A DNA stretch of 64,000 bases, taken from positions 159,836,001 through 159,900,000 of the forward strand of contig JANJGN010000008.1 in assembly GCA_026770705.1 (NCBI GenBank). Direction: 5' to 3'. Position numbers and translations under genes: made by a program. The notes beneath the pieces are model-generated. The model had not been told where the DNA came from. It saw only the letters and a list, made by a program, of their open reading frames with translations, and made no database searches. This DNA comes from Isurus oxyrinchus (taxonomy: Eukaryota). Every line of letters starts with the position of its first letter. Position 1 is the stretch's first letter. Below are positions 1 through 13,440 of this stretch, piece after piece.

Positions 1-849
1 GAATTAAATTTCACCAGCAATGCTTCCTCTTTAACAGAGGTACCTCTTGTTTGATTTCACAAAGACAGAAATAGTCAGTTTCCCCTCCCCTCCCTTGCAT
101 ATCCCTCATTCTGTTTTGATGCCTTGTTTGGTCAAGTGGGCAGTGCTGTAGTCTGGATCTTTGCTGGTGCCATTATACCCAGGAGCTGGGTGGTGGTGCA
201 AGAGTGAGATCTGAGCAAGTCTAGGGCTTGCTTGTTTCTCCTGGATTACCCTTTCTCTACATGCTGAAATAAAACCTATCAAACAGACCAGCAATTCACT
301 CACCAAGCTACATCCATGTCCATGTCAGCAATGGTGAAATGTTCAAAATTTTTCACAGGTTCTGTAAGTTGAATTGAAGGTTTTACAGTGATGGTGTCAC
401 TTGACTGATGCTCGGACCTGGCTTAGAAAACAGGAGAAAAAAATCCATTACTGCGGATAGAAAATGCTTAGTCTATCTTATGAAGTTCCTTTCAATGCTC
501 TTCGCTTTAGTAACATTTGTGAGAGAAAAAAATCGAGTTGCAAATAGCAATATTATTTCAGAGGCTTTTGCTGGGTAGGTGATTTGTAAAGACCTGCTGT
601 ACTTTGCTCAACATTAAGACAATCAACTTCTCATTTTTTTTCATCATTGCAGTGATCCGATCAGTCAGTAACCAGACTTGAAGGCTCTGACTGTCAAAGT
701 TGACCACTGTTGGTACAGTATCATGAGCAGGAGTACGAGAGGTGAACTGTAACCAATGAATTATGCTTAGTACTGTACCAAGCCTCCACCCTTGCAATGA
801 ATCCTACAGTCAGTGGCCCTATGCCCTCCCCGAGTGCTTGACCAACTAT

Positions 850-1205
850 TTTTTTCTTCATTCTTTCATGAGACATGGGTGTCACTGGCATCGCCAGCAT
901 TTGTTACCCATCCCTAATTGCCCTTGAACTGTATGGCTCGCTAGGCCATTTGAGGGAGCAGTTAAGAGTCAACCACACTGCTGTGGGTCTGGAGTCACGT
1001 GTTGGCCAGACCACATTGTTGAAAACCAGGTGCATTTTTATGACAATCTATGATGGTTGTCATGAGACTAGCTTTGTAATTCCAGATTTTATTAACTGAA
1101 TTTAAATTCCACCAGCTGCCATGGTGGGATTTGAACCCACGTTCCCCAGGACACTAATCTGGGCCTCTGGATTACTAGTCCAGTGACATTACCACTAAGT
1201 CGTCA
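850..1205 (-). mobile_element. tRNA-derived SINE with LINE-derived tail
   Basis: Minus-strand head TAGTGGTAATG..GGTTCAAATCCC (A/B boxes); related copies at about 28915-29205 (minus) and 30575-30895 (plus). Confidence 0.7.
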
Positions 1206-2668
1206 TTTCCCCCCCAATTCTGACATTAGAAAAATCTGACGTGACAATCCTGATATGAATGTTGCCTGCACAATGTGATTTACATAACCATTCGAAGTTC
1301 TACAGTATTACATTAACATTGTACATTTGTAAGCAAACACAGTGTGTGATTACCCTTCTCTTGTAATGAAACATGTACTCTTCATTATGCAGTCAGTATT
1401 CTTTTCTGTATTATCCAGCTATGCAAAAACAATTGGCAATAAATTCTTGGGTTAAGTTGTTGTTCTGTGCTGTTGTTAACCTTTCTCATTTTTGACTACT
1501 TTTCTATATTGTATTTTAATAATTTTCAGAGCAATACGAATTCTCAATTGTTGTTAAGAGGCATTTTGATGAAAAATGGCACGCAAAGGGAAGCTTTAAC
1601 CCCCCACTCCTCCCCCCCCCCCCCCCAACACAATCATAAGCGATGCATTAGCTTGTCTGGGTATCTGGAAAGTTAGCTCTCAACTATTGTCAGTGTGAGA
1701 ACAAGAGGATAGACATTTTAGCCAATCAGCAGGTCAGAGGTCTTGGTTTATAGGTACACCCCGCATTTGAGCCAAAAGCTCTGCATTTAAGTCCCATTCC
1801 AGGACTTGATACCCTGCCAGATGATCTTTCCAACACTTGCCCACCACTCCCCAAAGGGAAAGGTGTGTGTGTGTGTGTGTTTGTGAAGGTGCCAATTTTG
1901 AGGTAACATTTTTCCCTTCCTCTCTTACAAGGCTTTCCAGCTGCAGGGATCTTGCCGTCAGAAACCAACCTTGTTAATCTCTGTTTATGTTATAATGCAG
2001 TTTGGTGTAGAAAATGCTTTTTTTTTTAAAAAAAAGTTATGTAACCATTCTGCCGCCACTTCGATTAAAACCTGAGACTTGTGTCATTTTTCACAATCCC
2101 GTTAAGGAAAATACTGCCCAGCTACTGATTTCTTTTGCGTTCTGCCAACTCAAAGCAACTATAGTCTCGAATACCTTCAAGACTCCGCCAGTTTGAAAAC
2201 GACAGCATACTGACTTTATTTGAGCCAAGCCGAACCAGTTACGGATTGCAAAATGAGCTCCGTTGGGGGGTGGGTGGGAGGGGGGTGGGGTGGGAGAGCT
2301 ATCTTTTGACACTGGAACAACAGTTTACAACACTGGGATGAATCACGGAAACCTGGCGGAGGGCTTCGTTCTTCTTGTGGTACTCAAAAGCTTTGTGTGT
2401 TCATGCGAGGAACTTGACGTTTTGTCGATACTGTTTCCATGATGACGCATATGAGTAAGTGTGGAGTTGGTGAATTTGCCATTGGTCCTGGGTCATCACC
2501 TCGTTGCTCAATTTTTTCTAAAAATCAGAAAGTAAACACAGAGGGGGGCAATCCATTTCTCGAATTTCAACACTACTCTGGTGAGGAAATTTGGACATAT
2601 TAAACGGGTACCAACATTTCCAGAGTTCAGCTGAAATGGATAAAGTATCCAAACTAGAAATTAAGCAA

Positions 2669-3076
2669 TGAAAGCAAAGAACTGCGGATGCTGGAAACCA
2701 AAAACAAAAACAGAAATACCTGGAAAAACTCAGCAGGTCTGGCAGCATCTGCGGAGAGGAACACAGTTAACGTTTCAAGTCCTCATGACCCTTCAACAGA
2801 ACTAAGTAAAGATAGGAAAGGGGTGAAATATAAGCTGGTATAAGCTATCCCCTTTCCTATTTTTACTTAGTTCTGTTGAAGGGTCATGAGGACTTGAAAC
2901 GTTAAGTAAAAATAGGAAAGGGGATAGCTTATACCAGCTTATATTTCACCCCTTTCCTATCTTTACTTAGTTCTGTTGAAGGGTCATAAGGACTTGAATC
3001 GTCAACTGTGCTCTTCTCCAATGATGCTGCCAGACCTGTTGAGTTTTTCCAGGTATTTCTGTTTCTGTTGTTGTTT
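2669..3076. mobile_element. Short PLE palindromic insertion with nested fold-back
   Basis: TSD TAGA(A/T)ATTAAGCAA at 2655-2668 and 3077-3090; arms match the PLE 3' end at 43180-43317. Confidence 0.9.
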
Positions 3077-3904
3077 TAGATATTAAGCAAGTGACTTTGA
3101 CAGCTGGAAGAGGTTTGGATAATAAGTGTAAAGAAGCCCAGATTCACTCAATGGACCCACCATTCCTGCTATAATTACTGACATTATATCCTCCCACATC
3201 AGTCCACATGCCTTAAGGCTCCCTATTGTTAACTGAAGACAGAGTCGTCGTACTATCTGTCATGGTTTCAGGACCTATTGATCAGGTTTCTCTTAGCTAA
3301 TTAAGAAAACTCATTCGGTTTAAAAGATAAGAGCTTTCGACACTATGTGAGTGCTTATGTCAACAAGCATTAGAAAAGACAATTTGGTATATTTATCCAG
3401 CTTTGTCTCACAGATTGAGAACTGGCAGTGCTACCTGGGTTGAATTTTACAAGGGTATTAGAGTGGATTGATCAAGCTTTTTTTAAATATAATTTCAGGA
3501 AAGCACTTAGGGGAAACACTTTTAAATATCACATTTGCAGATACATACTTCTATTTCTTCCTATTTGTGCTCTGCTATGCACTCGCTGACTGTGAGTGTT
3601 GGCAGGTGAGTTGTTTCTAGGCCTCTCCCAATGCCCATTTGACATTAGTTGCCAGGGAAATGTGCGTGAATATTGAATAGCAGAATAGCCTATTCCTGTT
3701 CCTCTAAATAGATGCTGGCAAACCTACTGTGTATTAGCATTTGCTGACGTGGGTGGGTAATAAATAATGAGCACTCATAGTGCAGACATGATACATGTTA
3801 ATCTGAAAGAACTCTGATTCCTCATGCGCCTCATCCGAGAAATGCCTCTCCCACCTCAGGCTGGAGAAAATGCTGCTCCTATTTGCCAGATATTAAGAAT
3901 CTAA

Positions 3905-4696
3905 AACAAAAACAGAATTACCTGGAAAAACTCAGCAGGTCTGGCAACATCGGCGGAGAAGAAAAGAGTTGACGTTTTGAGTCCTCATGACCCTTCAGCA
4001 GAACTGATTTTTCTTTACAAGGAGAGGGGTGAAATATAAGCTGGTTTAAGGTGGGGGGTGGTGTGGTTGTAGGGACAAGCAAGCAGTGATAGGAGCAGAT
4101 CATCAAAAGATGTCACAGACAAAAGAACACAGAGGTGTTGAAGTTGGTGATATTATCTAAACGAATGTGCTAATTAAGAATGGATGGTCGGGCACTCAAG
4201 GTATAGCTCTAGTGGGGGTGGGGGGGGCATAAAAGATTTAAAAATAAAGGAAATAGGTGGGAAAAGAACAATCTATATAAATTAATGGAAAAAAACAAAA
4301 GGAAGGGGGAAGAAACAGAAAGGGGGTGGGGATGGAGGAGGGAGTTCAAGATCTAAAGTTGTTGAATTCAATATTCAGTCCGGAATATCACCAACTTCAA
4401 CACCTCTGTGTTCTTTTGTCTGTGACATCTTTTGATGATATGCTCCTATCACTGCTTGCTTGTCCCTACAACCGCACCACCCCACCCCTCCCCGCCCCCC
4501 CCACCACCCCACCTTAAACCAGCTTATATTTCACCCCTCTCCCTGTAAAGAAAAATCAGTTCTGTGGAAGGGTCATGAGGACTCGAAACGTCAACTCTTT
4601 TCTTCTCCGCCGATGCTGCCAGACCTGCTGAGTTTTTCCAGGTAATTCTGTTGTTGTATTGGACTTCCAGCATCCGCAGTTTTTTGTTTTTATATC
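3905..4696. mobile_element. PLE two-armed insertion (3' UTR arms)
   Basis: TSD TATTAAGAATCTAA at 3891-3904 and 4697-4710. Confidence 0.92.
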
Positions 4697-4829
4697 TATT
4701 AAGAATCTAACTCTGCTTTTCTCTCTGCTTCAACTGGGTATCCTGTTCCAGCTCTCAGTTTGCCCTCCTGCTGCGCTCCCTGAACACAGGTTGAAAAACA
4801 CAAGGGGCACATGGTAGTCACTGAGGCTC

Positions 4830-5140
4830 ACCCTGCTTGGGAAATCTAGAACATGGGGGTACAGCCTCAGATTATAAGAGTTTGGTCATTTAGGACTGAG
4901 TTAGGAGAAACTTCCTCACTCCCAATGGGTTGTGAATCTTTGGAATCCTCTTGCCAGAGGGCTGTGGATACTCCGTTGTTGAATATATTTAAGGCTGAGA
5001 TAGGCATTTTTGGTCTCCCTAGGAATCAAGGGATATGGGGAACAGGTGGGAAAGTGCAGTTGGGGCAGCCGTTATCTTATTGAATGACGAACTAGGCATG
5101 AGGCGCTGTATGGTTTACTCCTAGCCCTATTTCTTATGCT
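4830..5140 (+). mobile_element. CR1 LINE 3' end
   Basis: FRTE..RN.FTQ.VV.LW.SLP.RAV..FKAEI-like remnant and CR1 3' UTR. Confidence 0.7.
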
Positions 5141-6268
5141 CCCGCTCCATGGGTTAATATACACGTGTGTGTGTTTATATATTACCTTGCATTTAAGGTG
5201 TCGTATTTTGTTACATTTTCAAAAATCTGTGTTGCACTTTTTAAAAAAAATCCGGTCATTTCGTGGTGGTTTCAAAGAAACTTCCCAAACAACAGAAAAT
5301 ACCTTTTTTAATTGAACAGATGAGGCCAGTTACACATAAATCTATTACAGAACAATAAAACATAGTGTATAACATCGCACAGTAGCTCGTCCTTGCATAT
5401 CACTATCACCTCAATAGCAATGTGCAAGGCCACAGGAAGCTGGATAAATTCATTTAAAAACTCATGATTAATAAGCTGATATCAAAACAATCTTTCTGGA
5501 AGAAAAAGCTAACAATAAAAGACTCCAGTGTTCTCACTCAGTTATGAAAGTCGTAATTAGGCTGCAAAATATTTTTTTATTACTTCTGAACTTCTGGAAG
5601 CTGTTCATCCACTCTTTGCCTCTTTATAAAAAACATTTTAAAGATAGTTCTAAGATTTCTGTATTAAAAATGAAAATCATGACAAGGTTACCATTAATCC
5701 AAGATGTTTAATTATTTTATACATCTTTAACTGTAATTCTGTTCAGTCACTAATATGATGGAAAAGTCTTTTAAGTATAAAACATATTTATCCATTTTAC
5801 TGCTTCTCAAATCTTTTCATTCACATTTGTGACCAGAGGAAATATCATTACTCATCATTACAATATTCAGCAATGAAATTTTGGTTACATTTACACACCC
5901 ACTTTCATTTATATTTGAAGTCTGAAAATATCTTAATTTTTGAAGGCCAGACAAATCTTTGGCTTATCTTTTAGACTGGATACCAAGAATTTTGGAAGGG
6001 AGGAAAAAGTCAATATATGTATTATGAACATTGGGGAAAGAGCAGGGTTTCAGTACTATGCTTCTGGATTCTATTTCTTTCAAGTAAATGACAGGGTTGT
6101 TTGCTGCATTGGGCAGTATAAAAGCATCCTTTCCTCTGAAGAGTATTCACTATTATGTGTTGTGGCTGCTTTTTTAACAAGTCAAGCTGTTCGTTTATAC
6201 ACCAATTTTTTAAAACATCAACGGTAATGGACATTGAACTCTAGATACTTCCTTAAACAATGAGTAAA

Positions 6269-6371
6269 TCATTCTTCTGACACAGTTTCTTCTATCCATT
6301 TCAAGTATAATGGGTTGCCTTGGTCAACTGAGAGGCTTATAACCTCAGGAATTTCAAATGGATGAACTGAT
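6269..6371 (-). CDS. CUTAL: CutA-like protein, last coding exon ([34 protein letters not shown])
   Basis: CAG acceptor after a pyrimidine tract; HP(Y/F)ExPE and GNxxYLxW motifs; TGA at 6271-6269. The six exons total 459 nt, i.e. 152 aa plus stop. Confidence 0.95.
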
Positions 6372-7120
6372 CTGGGGGAGGGGGAGAAAAAGAAAACAAA
6401 TTTTAGGGCATAGATTTTTACCGGCTTTTTGGCAAAATTGATTTCAGAATTTTGTATGTTTATTTCAATCTCCGCAATGACCCAGTATAATTCAGAACAA
6501 ATAAATGAAACCAAAGTATAAAGACTCATTAATCATCTTGACCACAATAATTACCCCATGTAGGGTCTTTGATCTCATTCTTGCCCGCCATAAGGGATAA
6601 AGAACAACAACACGTATTTATATAGTACCTTTAGTGTAATAAAGCAACCCAAGGCTTAGAAAGCAAAGCTTGACTTCGAGCCACATATGGCAATATTGGG
6701 GCAGGTGACTAAAAGCTTGGTCAAAGAGGTAGGATTTAAGATGGGTCTTCGTAGAGGAAAGAGGAGTGGAGACACAGAGGTTTAGGGAGGGAATTCCAGA
6801 GTTTTTAGGACAGAGGCAGCTGAAGGCACAACCGCCAATAGCACAGCAGCAAAAATCAGGGATGCTCTGGAAGCCAAAATTAGAAGCGCACTGATCTTGG
6901 GAGGGTTTCGGGCTGGAGGAGATTAGAGATTGCAATGGGAAAGGCCATGGAGGGGTTTGAAAACAAGGATGTGAATTTTAAAATCGAGGTGATGGTTTGA
7001 CCGGGAACCATAGCAGGTCAGCAAGAATGGGTGATGGGTAAAACGGGATTGGACGCAAGTAAGGACATGGGGCAGCAGAGTTTTGGACGACCTGATGATT
7101 AGGGAGGGTAGAATACAGGA

Positions 7121-7447
7121 AATAAAAGCAAAAAACTGCGGATGCTGGAAATCCAAAACAAAAATAAAAATACCTGGAAAAACTCAGCAGGTCTGGCAGC
7201 ATCTGCGGAAAGGGACACAGTTAACATTTCGAGTCCATATGACTCTTCAACAGAACTAAGTAAAACTAGAGAAGAAGTGAAATATAAGCTGGCTAGTCTA
7301 CCCCCCCAAACCAGCTTATATTTCACCTCTTTTCTATTTTTCCTTAGTTCTGTCGAAGAGTCATACGGACTCGAAATGTTAACTGTGTTCCTCTCCGCAG
7401 ATGCTGCCAGACCTGCTGAGTTTTTCCAGGTATTTTTATTTTTGTTT
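7121..7447. mobile_element. Short PLE palindromic insertion inside an L2 element
   Basis: TSD TAGAATACAGGA at 7109-7120 and 7448-7459. Confidence 0.92.
7346..7384 (+). ncRNA. Minimal hammerhead motif (CUGUCGA core, fully Watson-Crick stem II)
   Basis: AGUU-CUGUCGA-A-GAGUC-auacg-GACUC-GAAA-UGUU-AACU. Confidence 0.65.
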
Positions 7448-9566
7448 TAGAATACAGGAGGCTAGTCAGGATGCATTGGAATTGTCCAGTCTAGATGTAA
7501 CAAGGCATGAGCGAGGGTTTCAGCAGCTGATGGGCTGAGACAGGAGCCGAGTTGAGCAATGTTACAAAGGCGGAAATGAATGGTCTCAGTGGTGATGCAG
7601 ATGCCCGATTGGAGAATCACAGTCAAAAAGTGGGGAAGGTTTGGGTCCTGAAGTTCTCTGTAACTGATTGAAGTGATTCAGACAGCCAACCTCTGGTGGG
7701 ATCATTTGCTTCCATATTTTGTTCTATTCGAAGCATGTTAAGCTGGGTAACTCCCCTGACTGAGGCAACTGAGTACAAGCTACAGTAACCCTAAGGCTCC
7801 AGCTCACAGCATGGCTGACAATATAACACAATAGTGCCCATCCCACTGGCATGTTTCTATGGAGGATTCTATGGGTGCATGGAAATCAAATTAGTTGTTT
7901 ATGAACTGCTCCAGAATGGATTCATGAAGCACTTAAAGATTTATGTACATCATGCATAAGATGTAGATGCAGGTTTTTTTTTGGTTTGCATTGAAAGTTG
8001 GCATCTTATAGTTGGAAATGAAGGCGTCTTCTCACCTGCAGCTGAATGTAGTTTCACAATAAAGGTTCACCTCACTTGGTGCATATTCCTAAAGCGTTAA
8101 CAAAACATGTGCCTTTCACAGGGACAAGATACTAAAGATTATGCCAGATCCTTTCTCGCTGTTGCGCACTTTAATGTCCTTAAGTGTCATCTCTTCAAGA
8201 TCAACCTCATGTAAATTATTTTTGAATTGATGGTCTATTATCTAGAAGAAAGCAGTCTGGAGTTCATCTAATGACCAGTGGTTCCTTCAGTGTTTGGATG
8301 TAGCCTACGTGTAGAATCTAGAACCTATATTTACATTTTTTGGTCTTCACCTAAATTCAAATTTTGGTGTTGCAATGATGTTGCTTCTACTTTCCTTATA
8401 ATGCACATTGAAAGTGACAGCAAGATAATGCTTTCATTCCCTTTAATTAGTTAAGTGCCTGTATATAAAAGTTTGGCACCATTCCCTCCTGGCTGGATTG
8501 CATGGAATAAAATGGCCTGATTCTCAGCCAGATTCCTAGTACAGAATGACTTTTGGAGTGAAATTACAACCTTGCGGAATGCAGTATCAGTAAAGCTCCT
8601 TTCACACCCTCAGGACATCCTGAAACACTTCAGGGAAACACAGCTGCTAGTTTGTGTAAATGAAGGCCCCATCAACAGCAATAAGATAACTGACCATATT
8701 GTCTGTTTTAGTGAGGTTGCTTAAGGATAATAGTAATTTGTGATGTGTGATGATCCATGCACACGTAAATTGCAGCTTTGTGCTGTATTTCAGCGGCTGG
8801 ATCAACATTGGTAAACAAAATCTGTTTCCAACTAAATGCTGATCTTATTGCAAAAAGCTGATGGAAATGGGAACAGCAGCAGGGCACAGTCACTGGGAGA
8901 GGAAGGGTGTGGTGGTTGCTGAAAATTGTGCTAATTTCTTTATATGTTCATTTTGATATATGTCCAGGGGAGTGGTACATATTTAAAAGAGACTGAAAAA
9001 GATGAGAAAGAAATATTGTTGAAAGAGGAATTATTTCCCCCTTGAGGAAAAAGAAAATTAATTCACGTCAACTACGGATTCAATATTAAAGTTTCCTTCT
9101 CAATAACTCTTTTTTTCCATCTCTACATGTAACATCCAATTGAGTGAATGACAAACAAATTATAACCGTGACTGTCCACAAGACTGATTCATCATGACAT
9201 TAAAGTATGGACAGGTGGTAAAGTACAGCGTGGCACATGATGGTTCATTTTGCCAACAAGATAATGAAAGCTTCAGCAATGGAAGCACAACCAATTAGAT
9301 TTTAATTAATATTCTGGAGTTCTCGCTTGATTACCTTGGGGGTCAGTTCAAAATTTTGAGTTGTAGTCTCTCAGGATATTAAGTGGGTTAAAGTTCCAGA
9401 TGAGATAGAGAGTACATGGTTTGTAGAAGGAATGAGTTTGAGGGGGGCTGAATGGTTTTTTACATTCTCTTTGAGAGCTTATATTCTTAAAAGATGGGAA
9501 AAAAAGAACCTGTAACTGATGAGGTAAATCGTGCCACTGCCACCCATGGTTAATGAGTTGACTCAC

Positions 9567-9616
9567 CTGATAAATTCTGTCAGTTTGTTCATTTTTGAGC
9601 TTTTTGTTTTTATCAC
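9567..9616 (-). CDS. CUTAL: CutA-like protein, exon 5 (VIKTKSSKMNKLTEFI)
   Basis: 50 nt, TAG acceptor, GTGAGT donor, phase 0/2. IKT motif. Confidence 0.93.
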
Positions 9617-10466
9617 CTACAGAAATATAGAAAATTATCTATTAATCTTCATATGCAACTAATTACATTCTAACCTGGATATCTGTTTCCCTAATCTGGA
9701 ATTCTAAGAGGCCGTCATCAATGCCATTTAATAGTTGTCTAAAAGATTAGTCTGGTGCAGTCATCTTTTGCTTAAAAGGAGTTCTCTTCCCCTAGAGGGG
9801 AAGTCTACGCATAGTACACTCTGCCCTCCGGAAAGGATGCCTTGGGGTGCCAAACCAAGCAACCCTTCCCATAGCAACACGCAGATGCAGCTACACTTAA
9901 TCATCAAAGAGAGTTCCCATGCTTTATTATTCCATTGCATGCCTGCAGCCTCCATCTCCTCTCTCCCCATGTACTTAACCATTCATTGTTTTTTTTTGTC
10001 AGACACACTTTTTTCCCTGTACCGCCTTTCATAAAGGCTGAAAAGGATTTTTAAAATCTTCTAAGTAGCTGTGTCCCATTAATCTTGATGCAATGCCCTT
10101 GAAAAGACTGAGATACACAATTTCCATATCTCTTGGTGAGCTCCTGCCTGCAGGTCCAATCCAGGCCAGAACTGTATACAGAGGTGATGAGGACTAAAAC
10201 CTGAAGGTCTGCTGGGGACCACTTTCCTAAGTAGGGTAAGTGAAAAGCCCCTAGTGTTGCAGTCCAAATGCCTGAGCACCAAGGTCAGAAGATAAATCCC
10301 CCACCACCTGAAGCACAGGTGGTACAATATCTGTCAGTCAGTCACATGGCCATTCCAAGACAAGAAACATCACAGGCAACATGGATAACCAGGGAGTGAA
10401 ACGAAGGCCAGCATTCCGAAAATTCTTTTCATATTTTGAACAATCCTCAGCCATGCAGTAACTCAC

Positions 10467-10512
10467 CAACAGAACTTCGGTGGTTTCTGTTATTTCACCG
10501 TCCCAGTTGTAC
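10467..10512 (-). CDS. CUTAL: CutA-like protein, exon 4 (M-YNWDGEITETTEVLL)
   Basis: 46 nt, CAG acceptor, GTGAGT donor, phase 2/0. CutA YxWxGxIxxxxE motif. Confidence 0.95.
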
Positions 10513-10899
10513 CTGGATATAAAATGGAAAGAAACACAGTGGTCAGAGTTATGCTGCAATTCTGGAGTTGCTCCATCTGTTAGTTTCGTATAGGGTGTAA
10601 AGGCTAAGCTTAAAAACTGCACTTATGGCTTTCAAGTGCGATTGAGTTTGGTTGTTCCACTATTGTAAATGCTCAGTGCAATTGTAACAGCCACTCCCTA
10701 TATCATTCACACATTACATGTCGATTAAATTTAATGCAAGCAGCTTGCTCTCTCCTTACTGATTTTGGGTGTTGAAAATATTTTGAAGGGTTACGTGTTT
10801 TGTCCAACAGACATAGTTATATAACATATTCGTTACATACGAGGGCAATTCTTCTTTATCAGATTGCTCACTTGTGTGTGGAGCCTTCCCCACTGGGAT

Positions 10900-11940
10900 T
10901 TCCAAAAGGAAAAGTCCTGGAGCTCTTAAGACCAAGCAGAAAATTGCAGGGGTTGGGTGACTAAACGCCAGACTATAGAGAAAGGTTTTAGGAGACTTTA
11001 GTAAGCAGAAGGAGCCAGTAGAATTGAATGTTTAGAATTTCAGAAGACAGTGGCATGGTGACTGATAGATCAACCTCTAAAGTGGAAGGATTGGGAAGTA
11101 AACAGTAATCCAGTGTGACAGAAGCATAGGATGCTTCCAGAAGGTCGAGGATGAGGCTATTGGTCAACTCACTGGGACACGGAGTGCCAGTGGAACTTGG
11201 CAAGGATAGTTTATGAGACAGGAAGGCATGCAGGTTGTGCAGCTTTAAATTTCAAGTTTGTGAAGGTCCAAAGGCGATGAATGTGTGGATTAAGGTTCCT
11301 GCAGCAGTGACAATGCTCAGCGGGTAAAAGTGGTCTTGCCAATTGATTGGATATGGAACAAGAATTTCATGTTGAACAAAATGCTGAGGTTGCAGACCTC
11401 CGGATTTAGCACGTGAGGGCCACTGGATAGGTTGAAGAGTTAAGGCTAGAGACGTGAAGACATTTGCAGTGACAAAAAAAGATGGCATTTAGTTTGTTGT
11501 TGTTGAGCGAAGGATATTTCGACTCTTCTTGGGCGTTATATTGTGTAAGGCGGTTGGCAAATCCAGCAATAATTATAGAGTTGATGAAGAAACAATATAA
11601 ATACAGGTAATTGCCAGTTTTCATTGAGAAATAAACTCTGTCTGCAGGTGTTGCTGTTGGGTAATTTATTAATAGGAAAGGGCCAAAGTGTCATCAAAAA
11701 TATTGTGCTTACTGGAAACCACCACCGCTCCTTCAGCAAAGGCGCTACAGGCAGAAAGAGGACCACAATGGGCCTCCATCATAGTCACATTGATGACTTT
11801 CTCCAGAGTTCTACCAGCAGGGTGGGAAACTGGACTGAAGGAACAAACAGGGAGTGGAGGGAGCCAAGTCTGTCAATGAATGGTTATGACATGCTCAAGG
11901 GCTTTGGAATGGAAAAGCTAAATGAGAGATTGAACAGTAC
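10900..11940 (-). mobile_element. Highly decayed L2-like RT fragment
   Basis: LILDLLEAS.A..TLDY remnant resembling the L2 LLDLSAAFDTVDH motif. Confidence 0.45.
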
Positions 11941-12650
11941 TTGCAGAAAATAGGGCGGTGGGGGGGGGGGGGGGCGTAAAAGGTTGGTTCATATAATTTC
12001 TTTCTTCTTTCTGACATATTCAACTTGAGCTAAAAATGGGACTACACCTGAATCTCGGTGTATGAATTCAGTCTATAGCTATAGCTATTTAAAACACAAT
12101 CCAAAAATGTAGTTTCACAAATTTCTCCCAGTCAACTATTCCCCTTAGATATGCTAAAAGTTGTCCCGATCTATTGCTACTAAATTTGTATTAAGTACTC
12201 TTTATGAAGCCAGAATTCTACAGTATACAGCATGCAAAAATCTTAGCAAGATTAAAAGCAGCATGGAAGCAAATTTAGTGACAAAATTATTTAAGTCATT
12301 GATTCATAAGAAGGTCACTCATACCATTGGGCCCGTTCATTTTGTTAGCCATGTTAGTTCTAATTTTTAATCCCAATTCCAAGCCCCTTCCTCCATATTC
12401 CTTTATACTCTTGCTTTCTAACTAACTATTTATCTCCCTTTTACACATCTCACTTGGTTCTGTAATTAATGCCCCTCAGCAGGACACATTCTCACAAACC
12501 TTTGTGTGAGAGTTTCTCTATGCCTTTACATGGCTGAATTTTAAGATGACACCCCTTGTTCTGGAACCAAGCACAGGTGTGAATTTTTGTGAATGGTTTG
12601 CTGACAGACTAAACCGTGAGAGAAAGTTTTTTTTAAAATCGTTAACTTAC

Positions 12651-12710
12651 ATGGAAAACACCTTTGGTAAAATATTCACACAAGCAGCCAGCTTCTTCTC
12701 AATAATGGTC
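12651..12710 (-). CDS. CUTAL: CutA-like protein, exon 3 (R-TIIEKKLAACVNILPKVFS)
   Basis: 60 nt, CAG acceptor, GTAAGT donor, phase 2/2. Contains the CutA signature EKKLAACVNI. Confidence 0.95.
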
Positions 12711-13271
12711 CTGAGGAGGGAAATCAAAAAAAAAGTTCATTAGCAAACCAACTGAACCCACGCCTCTGTTTTAAGGTTTGAGATTGATTCTTAAACATCA
12801 TTTTATTATTCTTGTAGTTGTCCTTTCTCATCTTGAATGTGTCCCCAGAATCAAATATGTGCAATTCATCATGTTACTGTGGCAACTCGGATAGAGATAG
12901 TGACTCAAAACTCTACTTGCTATTCTCACACAATTTAACTATTACAATAGCAGTTTACCTGCATTATTTTTAAAAGTCTGCTCAACCTGAAGATTCTATC
13001 CCACCCTGGAGCATCAGCCAATTCATATATTTCAGCAATTTAGAGTGAAAAGGAACCAAACATGCCGAACTATTTTACATCCTGACTGGTACAGAGAGAA
13101 AAGAGATTGCCTGGAGGGACGACTGAGAGAAAGGCGTCGCTGATATCACCACACAATCTCTGCGTCTGTGAGGTTGCACTGTAGTTTCCATTTCAAGGTG
13201 AAGAGGATAGATCTTGAAATTTACTGGTGGAATTCCTTCCAGGGCTGCAGCCAGAACACAAGTCTGCCAGT

Positions 13272-13440
13272 ATGGCTGCATCTTGCAGCCTGGTCAAGGG
13301 AAGCCTCCGTGTACCCACATTACCCAAAGGATCACCAAACCCCCTGAACTCAGAGAGCAAACTGACACACGAAAGTTTGGAACCGAGGAATCTGGATGTG
13401 GTGGAGTCAAGACGTCTCAATAAAGGGACGATTCTTGCTG
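13272..13440 (+). CDS. Candidate antisense exon inside CUTAL intron 2 (MAASCSLVKG...KGTILA)
   Basis: agtATGG Kozak context, 56 open codons plus 1 nt, G|GTAATT donor. Protein not recognised. Confidence 0.25.

Larger units (their letters stand above)
6610..7620 (-). mobile_element. L2-like LINE 3' fragment
   Basis: VQNSAA..., FKI.ILVFK.LHGL and LKSYLFDQAF remnants on the minus strand. Confidence 0.7.

Noticed and set aside
106-306. Minus-strand 66-aa ORF as a terminal exon
   Set aside because: An acceptor-like site exists, but there is no recognisable homology or partner exon.
850-1205. tRNA gene
   Set aside because: The A/B boxes belong to a SINE head; no cloverleaf; several diverged copies with LINE tails.
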